The translations under genes were made by a program, and so were the position numbers. Below the pieces are notes generated by a model. That model had not been told where the DNA came from. It ran no database searches and worked only from the letters and a program-made list of their open reading frames with translations. DNA of 37,786 nucleotides from Octopus bimaculoides (lineage: Eukaryota), in the NCBI RefSeq assembly GCF_001194135.2, contig NC_068983.1, positions 35,602,920-35,640,705 of the forward strand, written 5' to 3'. Shown one piece after another: positions 11,627 to 23,155 of the stretch. How positions within the stretch are numbered: position 1 is the first letter of the stretch; each line of letters begins with the position of its first letter.

Positions 11627-11731
11627 ATGTGTCTGTGGAATGCTCAGCCACTTGCACATTAATTTCACAATCAAGTTGTTCCGTTGACCATATCAGCTGG
11701 GACCCTTGTTGTCGTAACCGACGGAGTGCTC
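11627..11731 (+). mobile_element. SINE family B 3' fragment, inverted relative to 11305-11410
   Basis: GTGTCTGTGGAATGCTCAGCCACTTGCAC...CGTAACCGACGGAGTGC followed by (TA)n. Confidence 0.85.
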
Positions 11732-11767
11732 TTTATATATATATATATATATATATATATCAGTAAT

Positions 11768-11950
11768 AGGTGCAGGCGTGGCTGTGTGGTAAGTTAGCTT
11801 GCTTACCAACCACATGGTTTCAGGTCCAGTCCCACTCCATGGCACCTTGGGTAAGTGTCTTCTACTATAGCCTCTGGCCAACCAAAGCCATGTGAGTGGA
11901 TTTGGTAGGCAGAAACTGAAAGAAGCCCGTCGTATATATATATATATATC

Positions 11951-11992
<42 letters not shown>

Positions 11993-12208
11993 CGTGTGTG
12001 TATATATATATATGTTTGTGTGCCTGTGTTTGTCCCCCCACCATCGCTTGACAACTGATGTTGGTGTTTACATCCCCACAACTTAGCAGTTCAGCAAAAC
12101 AGTTCGATAGAATAAGTACTAAGCTTACAAAGAATAAATCATGAGGTCAATTTGTTCGACTAAAGGCAGTGCTCCAGCATGGCCACAGTCAAATGACTGA
12201 AACAAATA
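11768..12208 (+). mobile_element. Full-length SINE family A with internal (TA)n(TG)n microsatellite
   Basis: GGCGTGGCTGTGTGGTAAG head, ACCTTGGGTAAGT (MIR/CORE-like), microsatellite at about 11933-12012, tail GCTCCAGCATGGCCACAGTCAAATGACTGAAACA. Confidence 0.9.
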
Positions 12209-12284
12209 ATGATGTCTGTGTGTGTGTCTTTGTTTGGCCCTCATCAGTATCTTTGTAAATTTCCAGAAGAGCAAAAGAGATCAC

Positions 12285-12690
12285 TGAGGAGACATGAAGC
12301 TGTTGGACCAGGTAATGAAAGTGGCAAAATTATTGCAAAATTGAATAGGAACAGTATTAGCCTGAATGAGATGCAGTTTGGCTTTGTACCAAGAAGAGGC
12401 ACCTCAAATATTAGTAAGATAATTGCAGGAGAACTAATTAGCTAACTTTTTCACTCTGGAGAAAGCTTTTGACAGATTCCTTTTATTTATGCTCTGATAG
12501 TTGCTAAAGAAGCTAGTAGATCTATGGCCTGAGAAAGCTGTACAAGTCATGTATAGAGATGTAGTTACCAAAGTGAGAGTCAGTAAGGAGTTCAGAGAAG
12601 AATTTAATGTACAGTTAGGGATCCATCAGAGTTCAGTTCTCAGCTCCCTTCTGTTTATTTTATTCTTCCAGGCTAAGACAGAAGAATTTG
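12285..12690 (+). mobile_element. Degenerate RTE LINE RT fragment
   Basis: EMQFGFVP, LEKAFD, MYRD..TKVRV...FNVQLGIHQSSVLSSLLF motifs, with frameshifts. Confidence 0.8.
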
Positions 12691-12699
12691 TTGTTCCCT

Positions 12700-13229
12700 A
12701 CTTCTATTGTGTAACAAAAGCAATCCATTTTCTTAGTCTGTCAAATGGCAAAAAAAGGATTTTATATGATAATGAATACAATTCTATACAGTGGTTGAAC
12801 AGAGGTGGAGCATGGAAACACTTTTCCAAGTTGAATCTGCATCGAGAGAAAGTTATGACCATTGTTTGGTGGTTGGTGAGTGGTATTGTCCACTACTATT
12901 TTTTTGAATCTTGGTAAAAACATCAAAACAGAAATATTACCAAGAAATCAACAGAGTACTCTAAGAACTGCAACACTTATATTCAGCATTGGTCTATGGA
13001 AAAATACTAATTCTTCTCCATTATGATGTCCGGCTAGGTTTAGTATATGGTTCTGTAGAAATAAAACAAAACTATAGAACTCTGCTTCATTCAGTTTATT
13101 TCCCAGACCTTGCTCTACTCACCAATCACTTTTGCAAGCATCTTAATAATTTCCTGCAGAAGAAGGTCTTTAACAATCAGATAACAACTGAAAATGCCTT
13201 TGAAGAACTCATCACTTCTAGTACTCCAG
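12700..13229 (+). pseudogene. Mariner (Hsmar1/SETMAR-like) transposase remnant
   Basis: RILYDN...QWL...KHFSKLNLHREKVMTIVWW..GIVHY (WVPHEL-family core region) and YFPDL....HFCKHLNNFLQKKVFNN....ENAFEELI (YSPDL motif); several frameshifts. Confidence 0.88.
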
Positions 13230-13554
13230 GGTGGAGGCGCAATGGCCCAGTGGTCAGGGCAGCAGACTCACGGTCATAGGATCGCAGTGTTTATTGAGCG
13301 AAAACACCTAAAGTTCCACAAGGCTCCAGCAGGGGATGGTGGCGAACCCTGCTGTACTCTTTCACCACAACTTTCTCTCACTCTTGCTTCCTCTTTCTGT
13401 TGTACCTGTATTTCAAAGGGCCAGCCTTGTCACACGCTGTGACATGCTGAATCTCCCTGAGAACTACATTAAGGGTACACGTTCTGTGGAGTGCTCAGCC
13501 ACTTGCACGTTAATTTCATGAGGAGGCTGTTCCGTTGATCAGTTCAACTGGATC
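13230..13554 (+). mobile_element. SINE nested in the mariner remnant (distinct head, family-B tail)
   Basis: Exact 10-bp TSD AGTACTCCAG at 13220-13229 and 13555-13564; head GGCGCAATGGCCCAGTGGTCAGGG; TCAAAGGGCCAGCC tail. Confidence 0.9.
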
Positions 13555-13585
13555 AGTACTCCAGAAATTCTTTCTTTTTATCAAG

Positions 13586-13812
13586 GCATCATCCAGTCAG
13601 GCTGATTACCCGGGCCAGCTTAACTACTTCTCTCTCCATCCCTCCCGATCTTCCATTAGTGTTTTTAGGTCTTCAACTTAGCATCCAACATCTTCTGCAA
13701 GCTGTTGTATATACATCTTCAGTGGTCTTCCAGCCACTGTGGTACCATGATTTGGTGTCCACAGCAACACATTACTCTCAAGTTCTTCTTTACTTCTCCA
13801 GCAGTGGCCAGA
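13586..13812 (-). mobile_element. 3' end of a second RTE-type LINE family
   Basis: GHCWRSKEELESNVLLWTPNHG....GRPLKMYIQQLAEDVG...EDREGWRE then GATGATG; internal stops. Confidence 0.8.
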
Positions 13813-14061
13813 ATTTTTAAGTTACTGAAATAAATGGATTTGTTTCTTGTTGGCAAAAAGATGTAGATTTTGATGGTTTTTATTTTTAATTAATAAAATT
13901 TATTTTGGACTGAGATATTATTACTTTAAAAGTGATGATTAAAAACTAGTTATTTTATAACCAAGTAACCTGATGTGTGTGTATGTGTGTTTATGCTAAG
14001 AAGCTCATCTATGTTCCAGACCTTCTCTCTTCTAGTTTTGTAATGTTGTGTATATATTTTA

Positions 14062-14433
14062 TCTTTTACTCACTTCAGTCATTAGACTGTGGCCATGCTG
14101 GGGCACTACCTTCAAGAATTTTTAGTCAAAACAATCAACTCCAGTATCTGTAGTCTTTTTTAAAGCCTGGTACTTATTCTTTCAATCTCTTTTGGCAAAC
14201 AACTAAGTTATGAGGATGTAGGTACACAGACACTGGTTGTCAAGCAGTGGTGGAGACAACCACAGACACAATGACACATACACATCAATATATATACGAT
14301 GGGATTCTTACAGTTTCCATCTATCAAAATTACTCACAAAGTTTTGGTTGGCCCAGAGGTGCCACATAGTGGGACTGAACCTGGAACCATACAGTTGGGA
14401 AGCAAACTTCTTACCACACAGCCATGCCTGCAC
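14062..14433 (-). mobile_element. SINE family A
   Basis: Reverse complement of family A head and tail (TCAGTCATTAGACTGTGGCCATGCTGG...CCACACAGCCATGCC). Confidence 0.85.
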
Positions 14434-15226
14434 ATGTACATTTCATAAGATATTGATTGACTGGTCATTCACCTTCTTGCCTTCTCTGAGATCTTTTTTT
14501 GAAAGCTCAGAAAAATACATGCATGTTGTGCCAAACACAATTCTCTATTGAATAAGTTCAACTTTTTCAGTGAATGTGTGAGTAAGAGATGATAAATGGA
14601 ACCTTGGTTGGAAGGAAGTTCACAAATGTTAGAGGAGAGAAAATTCTGCCATTGCTTGATAAAGAAATGTGTTTGTATCTCTTGTATTTCTGATGTATGT
14701 GAAATGTATGATGCTGTATATTAAAGGCAAAATACTTCCTAAAAAACAAATTGAAGCTTTTGATCTATTAAATGCACAATGGTATGCCACAAGCACAAAC
14801 ATGCAATACATATATGAATGCATTTGTGTGTGTGTGTTTAACGTTGGATAGCCTTGATGCAGCTGACCCACGATCTTTTTAGCCATCACCAAACTGTTTT
14901 TATTCAAACTGCTTCTTAAATTAAATTTGAGAGATTTGGTTGCTGTTTCTAGCTGGTCAAGCAACCACTTATACTCCCTCACTGATTGTTTTTGGTGTGT
15001 ATTTGGTGAATGACATGCTGACAGGCTTGGACAAACCCTTATACAAAACAGGTGTGTACTTAGGGCACCAAAGAATGTGGGCATGAAAAAGGGTCAATTT
15101 TAACAGGATTTTAAAAGTAAGTTTTTAAAAACAATGCAATTTGTGTTTTTACCTGTTTCCCTAATTATAAGTAAAAACATTGCTTATATTGTTTGTTTTA
15201 AATAATATAATTTAAAAAAAGGGTAT

Positions 15227-15314
15227 ATAGCATCAGATGTAGCATGCAAGAGAGAAGACTGTGCTGGTACAGTCATGTAATGTGTATGAGTAAATACAGT
15301 TGCATCAAGAAGTG
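15227..15314 (+). repeat. 88-bp inverted duplicate of 15973-16060
   Basis: 87 of 88 positions match the reverse complement of 15973-16060; spacer 658 bp. Confidence 0.95.
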
Positions 15315-15699
15315 AAGGGAAAAAATCTGAATCTACGATCTTGTATTTGACACACAGCACTTATATTTTGTTTTATCAGTTTTTCAATGAAAAAGTCAAG
15401 GAAGTATTATTCGTTAAGGCCATCAGTTGACCTGAATGCAGTTTTGTGTGTTGGAGGATGAGAAGTTAATTTGTGGCTTGAGTAGGAAAAGAGTCAATAC
15501 TTAGGATAAACAAATAACCGGAACCAACATAGGAAGCTCTAAGAAGTCAGTTGATCTACTAGAAATAGTAAATAGCAAAAAACTAGAAACATCAAATGAC
15601 ACCTCTCCATCTTAAAAGGTTACATTGTATGATGTTGTCCGAGATACACTATCACTATTTTTAGATTGATTTTTCCATGCTGACATTGGCTGATCAGGT

Positions 15700-16322
15700 T
15701 GTTATAGTTCAAATTAGTTCTTATTTAGAGTTACTATCCTTCTATAGAGAGTTGGACCATGTCTCATGTGTACATACTGTTTTGGCATGTTTTCTACATT
15801 TGGATTCCCTTTCTATCAGCAACCCCTCGATACACTGGGTGAAAACCACCAGGAGTCTCAGTCCCTTGCCATCCTTTCTTTTAGTCCTAACATCAAAGAT
15901 CCTTTCTCACCACTTCATCCTATGTCTTCCTGGGTCTACACTTTCCACATTTCCACTAAAATTAGAGATCAGCACTTCTTGATGCAACTGTATTTACTCA
16001 TATACATTACATGACTGTACCAGCACAGTCTTCTCTCTTGCATGCTACATCTGATGCTATGTATACCTAGTTTTTCTCTCAAATCACTTACACTCTGTCA
16101 TATATGCACACTGACATTACCCATCTAGCCATTAAGCCTTTGCATATATCCTCAATAGGCGCAGGAGTGGCTGTGTGGTAAGTAGCTTGCTTACCAACTA
16201 CATGGTTCCAGGTTCAGTCCCACTGCGTGGCACCTTGGGCAAGTGTCTTCTACTATAGCCTCGGGCCAACCAAAGCCTTGTGAGTGGATTTGGTAGACGG
16301 AAACTGAAAGAAGCCCGTCGTA

Positions 16323-16355
<33 letters not shown>

Positions 16356-17560
16356 NNNNNNNNNNNNNNNNNNNNNNNNNNNNNNNNNNNNNNNNNNNNN
16401 NNNNNNNNNNNNNNNNNNNNNNNNNNNNNNNNTGTGTGTGTGTGTGTGTTTATGTGTCTGTGTCTATATATATGTGGTGTGTTTACATCCCCGTAACTTA
16501 GCGGTTCAGCAAAAGAGACTGATAGAATAAGTACTAGGCTTCCAAAGAATAAGTCCTGGGGTTGATTTGCTCGACTAAAGGTGGTGCTCCAGCATGACCG
16601 CAGTCAAATGACTGAAACAAGTAAAAGAGTAATAGCCACAGCCCATGAAGCATAGCTATTCATACACAGGCATCATACAATCTGCCTTTCACTCTGAAGG
16701 AAAAACTCTTCATTACTAACAAAGGCAGTAGCTCTCTGAACCTTGCCCAGCTTATTCTTGTTCTGGTAGCTATGCTTTTAGAACAACTTCCCCCATGACA
16801 TTTGAAGGAGTCTATTTGTTGTATATTTCTGGTGTTTAATGTATCTGCACATCTGCCACATGTAAAGATTTTCTCTGTTAGTCTTCTTGTGATACTGTTG
16901 CACCTCTTATGTGTTCATAGCTTGCACTGGGTGCACCTTATGGAGTTTCTCCCAACACCTTTTCTACATACTGAGCTGGACCATCTCCCCAAAGGGGTCT
17001 GTGATTTGTCTGTTTTCCGACATATCAATATTTAGTTTTTGTTAGGTTTGAGACCACTCTATTTTAGCTTTTGCCCCCAAATCTTTGACTGACTCAGCTA
17101 TGAGAACTAGGTCACTGACATACAAATCTCATACACAGCTATCCTTAAATTCCATTTTTATGGCCTTGAGGACCATAATAAACAGAACCTGGATGAATAT
17201 TGAGCCTAGATGGACACCAACTTGCTTGCTAAATTCCTCACAGAATTTTTTAACCATCATCTTGCTGACGGTATATCTGTAAATGGCTTATATTTTCTTA
17301 AAGACCACCAGATTACAGAGCATGAAATCCTATCAACTGTTTTCTATATGTTGTCAAAATCTAGGCAGAATGGCTTACTTCTAGCTAAGTATTTCTCCTG
17401 TAGCTGTCTCCATAAGAATGCACCAGAGGTAGACCCTCATATAAACCTGAACTATATCTTGTCTGGGCCAATTCTCTGAATCAGTTTTGCTGTAACTTTC
17501 ATATATTTAGTCCAACAATTTGAAACCCGTTTTAACACTCTCTGGAATGTTTCCTTTATC
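15700..17560 (-). mobile_element. Highly degenerate RTE LINE, same family as 8398-10675
   Basis: VCRKGVGRNSIRCTQCKL*THKRC...TCGRC at about 16848-16975; residual RT and C-terminal segments collinear with the first copy. Confidence 0.82.
16159..16630 (+). mobile_element. Young SINE family A nested in the RTE copy (gap in internal microsatellite)
   Basis: GGCGCAGGAGTGGCTGTGTGG head; AATAG duplicated at 16154-16158 and 16631-16635; removing it restores the RTE sequence CCTCAATAGCCACAGCCCATG. Confidence 0.9.
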
Positions 17561-18219
17561 CTTGTAGTAGTTGATGAGATACTGTTAAATCAGATTAAAT
17601 CAGGTAGGACAGGCACATTCTTGTCCTACCTGATTGACTATGTAATGCATGATCTACTTTGAAGCAACTCAGCAATTATTCTTCATGGTCTATTTGCCTT
17701 GACTTCCTTAATCAATGACTATATAGTTGCAAATCTCAATGACTGTTATCTCTTTACAGCTTACATGGATGTAGGTTCTATCTCCCAAAAATTCTCAACA
17801 CCCTTTTGTAATAGAATTTACATAACTTTTTGTTTTTAGAGTCAATGAGAGCAAGTGCACTGCTATATAATATAATTGCTTTCGTACACACTTTTCCCCC
17901 ACCATCTCACAGATGGTAGGGAACTGGGTGCTTTGTATGTGCTGACATTGTAAGGGAGGAGTGAGAGGCCAGATCTGGCCAGTCTGAGCATAAAACAAGG
18001 AAAATATTTAGGCCAGATATGACTGGTCTAAATCACACTATTTATAAAGAAAGAACACAATGGATAATGTAGCCCTAAATGCCTGGAAAAATATACTAGA
18101 TGGTCACGGCTGGAATCTCTTTTATGCAGATGTTTAGTTCATTCAGGTTCACCCAATTTCCCTCTAACCTCCATAGATCTCCACTTTCAAAGTATATCTC
18201 ATTATTATGCTGCATCACA

Positions 18220-18250
18220 CTTGGCAAGTGGTTGCCAAGGGAGGTAATAA
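18220..18250 (-). mobile_element. Possible Helentron-type 5' terminus with hairpin
   Basis: Minus strand TTATTACCTCC followed by hairpin CTTGGCAA-CCAC-TTGCCAAG. Confidence 0.35.
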
Positions 18251-18339
18251 CTGCTTGAACTTCTTTCACACCTTCCTTACTCTAGTAACCATGGTTAAAA
18301 CAAAAACACGAAAAGAAAATATAAAAAAGCAAATCTGAT

Positions 18340-18746
18340 TTTAAAAATTGTTAAAATAGCTTTAATGTCCATTTGCTTAAATTTTTCAATAATCGAGTCA
18401 ATATATGAGAATTTCTTCATTTCCGAGTGACGTGTAAGCTTTTTTTTTTCTTTACCTCCATATGACCAATGCCACAAATATGCCAAGTGTCTTCTTGTTT
18501 GCAAAGTACCCTGCATTTGGTGTGGATATAAAAGTGGTGATGTTAACATTAGCAGTTGTGATAGAAGTGGTGGTGGTAGTAGTAGCAGCAGTAGTGGTGA
18601 TGGTTGTGGCAGTCTTTTTTTTGAATTTTTTTCTTTTTTTTAATAATATTAGCAGCCGTGATAAGTTGGTATTAGAGAGCCAATGGTAGCATGCAACACC
18701 AAACAGCAGANNNNNNNNNNCCAATGGTAGCATGCAACACCAAACA

Positions 18747-18789
<43 letters not shown>

Positions 18790-20457
18790 AAGAGAGAGAG
18801 AGAGAGAGGGGGGGTCACATTGAAGACACAGCAAAAGTGAAGAACTGGCTTGAAGTCTTTTGGAATATGCCAGTGACTGCTGTACACCAGATGTACACCA
18901 GAAGTAATTTAGATGCAAACAAAGTGAATACTGCATGGATTCTGAATGCAGCACAATATTAACACCAGATGTATTCTAGATGTACTCTAGATAGTCACAA
19001 CATTGGTTGAAAGAAGAGACAAGAATTTGAAAAAAAAAAACAACAAAAAAAAACATGGTCAATGAATGTCTTTTTTTTTTCTTTTTCATTTGGAACTTGA
19101 TTTCTTTGTTTTTTGTTTAACGAAAAAAAGGCTATTTTTTATTAAAAATATAATAATGAAAATTAAAGAAACTAAAGCAATTTTGGTGGAGTGGAGGTGG
19201 GGGTAATGGTAGATAGATAATGGCGTGGTGGAAGGGGCTATGATGACATGTATAGAATCAAAGAGTATATTAACAGAAACAGTGTTGGAATACTAGGTAA
19301 GGAGCTTACAAAAGAAACATCTGTAGGAAGGGATTATGATTGGGACATTCTATTAGAAACATTGGGGGTGGAGGGCAAATAGGGATAAATAGAAATAGGA
19401 TTAGGACATGCTAAGGGGAAGAGTGTAACGTAGTCAGATAAATGTTTCTAATATAGGAGCAATGCCTGAGATTTTGAGAGGAGAGATTAGCCAATTAAAT
19501 AGATAAGCCAATTAAACAGATCCTTGTACTTAACTGGTCGTTTATTTCATCAATAACGCTGAAACAGGGATTTTTAGGTGGGCTGAAGTGGAGAAAAATG
19601 ATAAAAGTCCAATCAGAGTTTAGGCAATGGGATACTGTTAAACTTAGCAAGTGATAAAAGGGAGATTTTAAAAGGGTACTGTAATAGAGGGGCAAATGTA
19701 GTTAGATACACTAGAATATCAAATGACAGAAATAAGAGGTGGAAGGGGAGATAACAAGAGGGAGAAATGTTTCAAATTTTAAAAACAAACACTATTTCAC
19801 AGAAAGTCAAATGCAAACACAGAGATGAACATCATATACACACAAGTACATATAAAGGACATATTGTATGCATATAGAGTATAAACATACAGATTACTTG
19901 CAGTTATACAGATGTGTGTTTGTGTGTACAAGAGTGTGTAAAGAAGAATATATACTCAATATATACGCAATAGTTACATATCCGTCAGCACACATAAAAA
20001 CACACATTCTCACAATTATACATGCACATATAAGGATACAGATGTGCACAGAGTGACATAAACAACTGCATGAATTATGTATTAGTTGAATGGTTAGTCA
20101 TAACGTCTGGCAAACAAGAAGAGAAAAAAAAAAGATGATTTAGATTCCACATTGAGAGATGAAAGAATATTTTGGTTAGCTACAGCAGTATTGAGGGTAG
20201 TGTCGACAATTTCAGTTGCAGCAGCAGCATTTGATGGTTTTGAAAAAAAATTTCTTTAAAACAAAACAAAAAAAAAAAATTATAAGAAAAGACAAGAAAA
20301 TAATATGAAGACCAATGAATGAGTGGAGGTGGGAGTGGGGTGAAGGAAGAAAACAAATGTCTGTATTTTTCTTCTCTTTTTTTGTTTGATTTTGTTTTAA
20401 TTGCTTGATTTTCTTCTTTTTTTTTTGTAATTTTTTTCCTTTAATTTAGTTCTCCAT
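18340..20457 (-). other. Putative Csk 3' UTR (about 2.1 kb)
   Basis: Directly follows the stop codon; no clear TE, only simple-sequence tracts; poly(A) hexamer candidates on the minus strand. The 3' limit is inferred. Confidence 0.45.
18361..18366 (-). terminator. Candidate distal polyadenylation signal ATTAAA
   Basis: Followed on the minus strand by a U/GU-rich tract at about 18295-18325. More proximal AATAAA at 19138-19143 and 19541-19546. Confidence 0.35.
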
Positions 20458-20634
20458 TCACACAGTGGTGGCATGTAAATTATGCAACATTTTCAAGATA
20501 TCCTGAAACAACGGCCGATGATTTGGATCAATATCCCAGGTGTGTCGCATGATTTGGTATATTTCAGGAGGGCAGCCGTCTGGGGTCTCCATTCTGTAGC
20601 CCCTTTCGACATGTCGTACAACTTCAGCAAGAGG
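20458..20634 (-). CDS. CSK: Csk last coding exon: PLAEVVRHVERGYRMETPDGCPPEIYQIMRHTWDIDPNHRPLFQDILKMLHNLHATTV*
   Basis: Polypyrimidine tract then ATCAAG|CCT; 177 nt ending in TGA; matches human [23 protein letters not shown]. Confidence 0.95.
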   Translation of the reverse strand, partial: PLAEVVRHVERGYRMETPDGCPPEIYQIMRHTWDIDPNHRPLFQDILKMLHNLHATTV

Positions 20635-21029
20635 CTTGATAAGGTGGAGAAAGAAAAGAGAAGCAAATTTGAATGAAAATTTGGTAAACGAATTTCAGAG
20701 AAATTAACAGAAAAAAGAACAATGAAAAGATACACATCACTTTTATCCTCCCCACCTCTCTCTCACTGTAACCACTGGTCCACCACCTACCTGTTAGTTT
20801 TGCTCTCTATGGATATACATAAATATCAGTGTTTTGATATCTACTTTTCCATGCAGCAACAACATCAACATGGAAATATTAAGATAATTTCAGTGGATAT
20901 CTCATGTAAGTCCAAGACATGCAAGTTTTAATCATGAGTCTTCGGTGTAGTTTTCAGAGCATCAAATTTGGTTGAATAGCAGAATCAATAGACTGGTGAA
21001 CAAAATATTGTGCAGGATTTAGTTAGGAA

Positions 21030-21410
21030 CATTGTTGCTTTGAACTTTGAATTTTGAGAAGGATTGAGGACTTGATGGGGATGTTGTGGTTGGAGGAATC
21101 AGTGGAACGGCTGGCAAGAGCAACTGGAGTGCGGTGGCATGGGCATGTGGTTGACGAAGGATGAGGAGCATGTTCTGAAGAAGGTGATAGAGTTTGAGGT
21201 AAATGGACAGCGAAAGTGAGGTAGACCGAGGAAAATGTGGAGGGGATAGATGGAGGAGATTGGGTGGGGTGGTGGCTTGAGAAGGGAGTACGGCTAAAAC
21301 CAGGCAAGATGGTGTGAGGGCAGTTGCTATGGCACTGAGGTAGATCTGGCCACCTCAGTTAACGGGGACAAAACCTAGATTCAAAATGATGGATGATGAT
21401 GATGATGATT
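21030..21410 (+). mobile_element. 3' end of a third RTE family, antisense in the last Csk intron
   Basis: VRWHGH.....EEHVLKKVIEFEVNGQRK.GRPRK.W; (GAT)n tail at about 21390-21408. Confidence 0.8.
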
Positions 21411-21783
21411 GAGGTCAACTTTACTTTGTAGCCTTCCAGTGGAACCGAATCTGGAACCATGTGGTTGGGAAGCAAGTTTCTTGACCACAGAGTCATGCCT
21501 GTACCAATCATTTTGCACATGCATTCCATTGTTACAAATGGTTGGACAGAGATCACAGTCTGAGTTAGTTCTTATTTGGAGTTATTGAAATCCAAACAAA
21601 TTGGGAAGGACATCCCAACAGTCATACATTTAAATACTGGCATGGTTACTCTGACTGGATGCCCTTCCTAATGCCAACCACTATACAGAGTGTACTGGGT
21701 GCTTTTTACATGGCCCTGGCACTAGTGAGGTTGCCAAGTAACTAGCAAGACAAAAAAAGAAACCCCTCAACTGAGTGGGGTTA

Positions 21784-22026
<243 letters not shown>

Positions 22027-22091
22027 TTATAGTTCATTTAGCTATGGAAGAAATAGTTGCCATGCCTTTTGTGCATGCTACAGGGTGATAG

Positions 22092-22340
22092 GTGGAGGCG
22101 AATGGCTTAGTGGTTAGGGGTGTCAGCATCATGATCATAAGATTGTGGTTTCGATTCCTGGACCAGGCGATGCATTGTGTTTTTGAGCAAAACACTTCAT
22201 TTCATGTTGCTCCAGTTCATTCAGCTGATAAAAATGAGTAACGCTGCGATGGACTGGCGTCCCGTCCAGCTGGGGAACACATATGCCATAGAAACCAAGC
22301 CCATGAGCCTGGTTAGGCTTTAAAAGGGTGCATTTATTTT
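22092..22340 (+). mobile_element. Full-length tRNA SINE, family-B head with a different 3' body
   Basis: Exact 13-bp TSD TACAGGGTGATAG at 22079-22091 and 22341-22353; B box GTTTCGATTC; body CTGCGATGGACTGGCGTCCCGTCCAG. Confidence 0.92.
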
Positions 22341-22986
22341 TACAGGGTGATAGACTGAATAACCGTATAGGAGCTGCTACTTCTCTTTTCTGACACAACT
22401 AAATCTGGAGTCAGAATTACAAATTGGTTTTACAAGTCCTTGCAGATTATGGAAATTTCATTTCTTCAGCTCTCTGTCTCTGTCTGTCTGTCTCTCTTTC
22501 TCTCTCTCTCACACACACACAATTGTCGTCGTTGTCATCATCGTCACCCTCAACATCAACTTGATAGGAGCTGGTGAGTCAGAGGAATGCACCAAGTTCC
22601 AATGTCTGCTTTGGTATGATTTCTATGGCTGGATGCCCTTCGTAGCACACACACCACACATGTTAGTTAACTTATTAACAGTTTAGGCTGGTGCATTGGG
22701 AAAATCATTAAAATGTCAGGCATAATCCCTTGGGATTTTTAGTTACAGCTCCTTATGTCATGAGTTCAAATCCAGCTGACTTTGACTAATTCTTCTAGCA
22801 CTGGTAAAATAATTACCAATTATGTACTGGGCTTGATATTATTATTCTCTCTTCCACTAAATCAATAGAACTTGTAGCCCATTGATAGATATCTCCAGCT
22901 ACCAAAAGGTCAAATAATCTACTATTATCTGCACTACAGCATTTATAGATTCTTTCTATAGATACAAAGCCTGAAATTTCGTGAGG

Positions 22987-23155
22987 AGGGGATTAGTGGA
23001 TTACATCAACTCCAGGGCTCGACTGGTACTTATTTTATTGAACCCTAAAAGGATAAAAGGATGGAAATCAAAGTCGACCCTCAGATTGTAAAGTTAGAAG
23101 AAATATCGGTAAGCATTTTGTCCAGCACAGTAATGATTCTGCTAACTTGACACCT
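22987..23155 (-). mobile_element. Diverged SINE family C; another diverged copy at about 35160-35320
   Basis: CTGGTACTTATTTT...AAAGTCGACC...AAGCATTTTG, collinear with 9307-9539. Confidence 0.7.

Noticed and set aside
18452-18733. Thr-rich ORF and opposite Val-rich ORF
   Set aside because: Translation of degenerate trinucleotide repeats in the probable 3' UTR; no domain or splice support.
18680-18751. 31-bp perfect direct repeat either side of a 10-N gap
   Set aside because: Typical unmerged contig overlap next to a (GA)n tract; assembly artefact rather than a duplication.
20482-20735. ORF-track proteins overlapping Csk exons (also 26097-26309, 32810-33031)
   Set aside because: Alternative-frame or antisense shadows of real exons.
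22092-22170. tRNA-like A/B boxes as true tRNA genes
   Set aside because: No complete cloverleaf; each continues into a SINE body, and several have TSDs.
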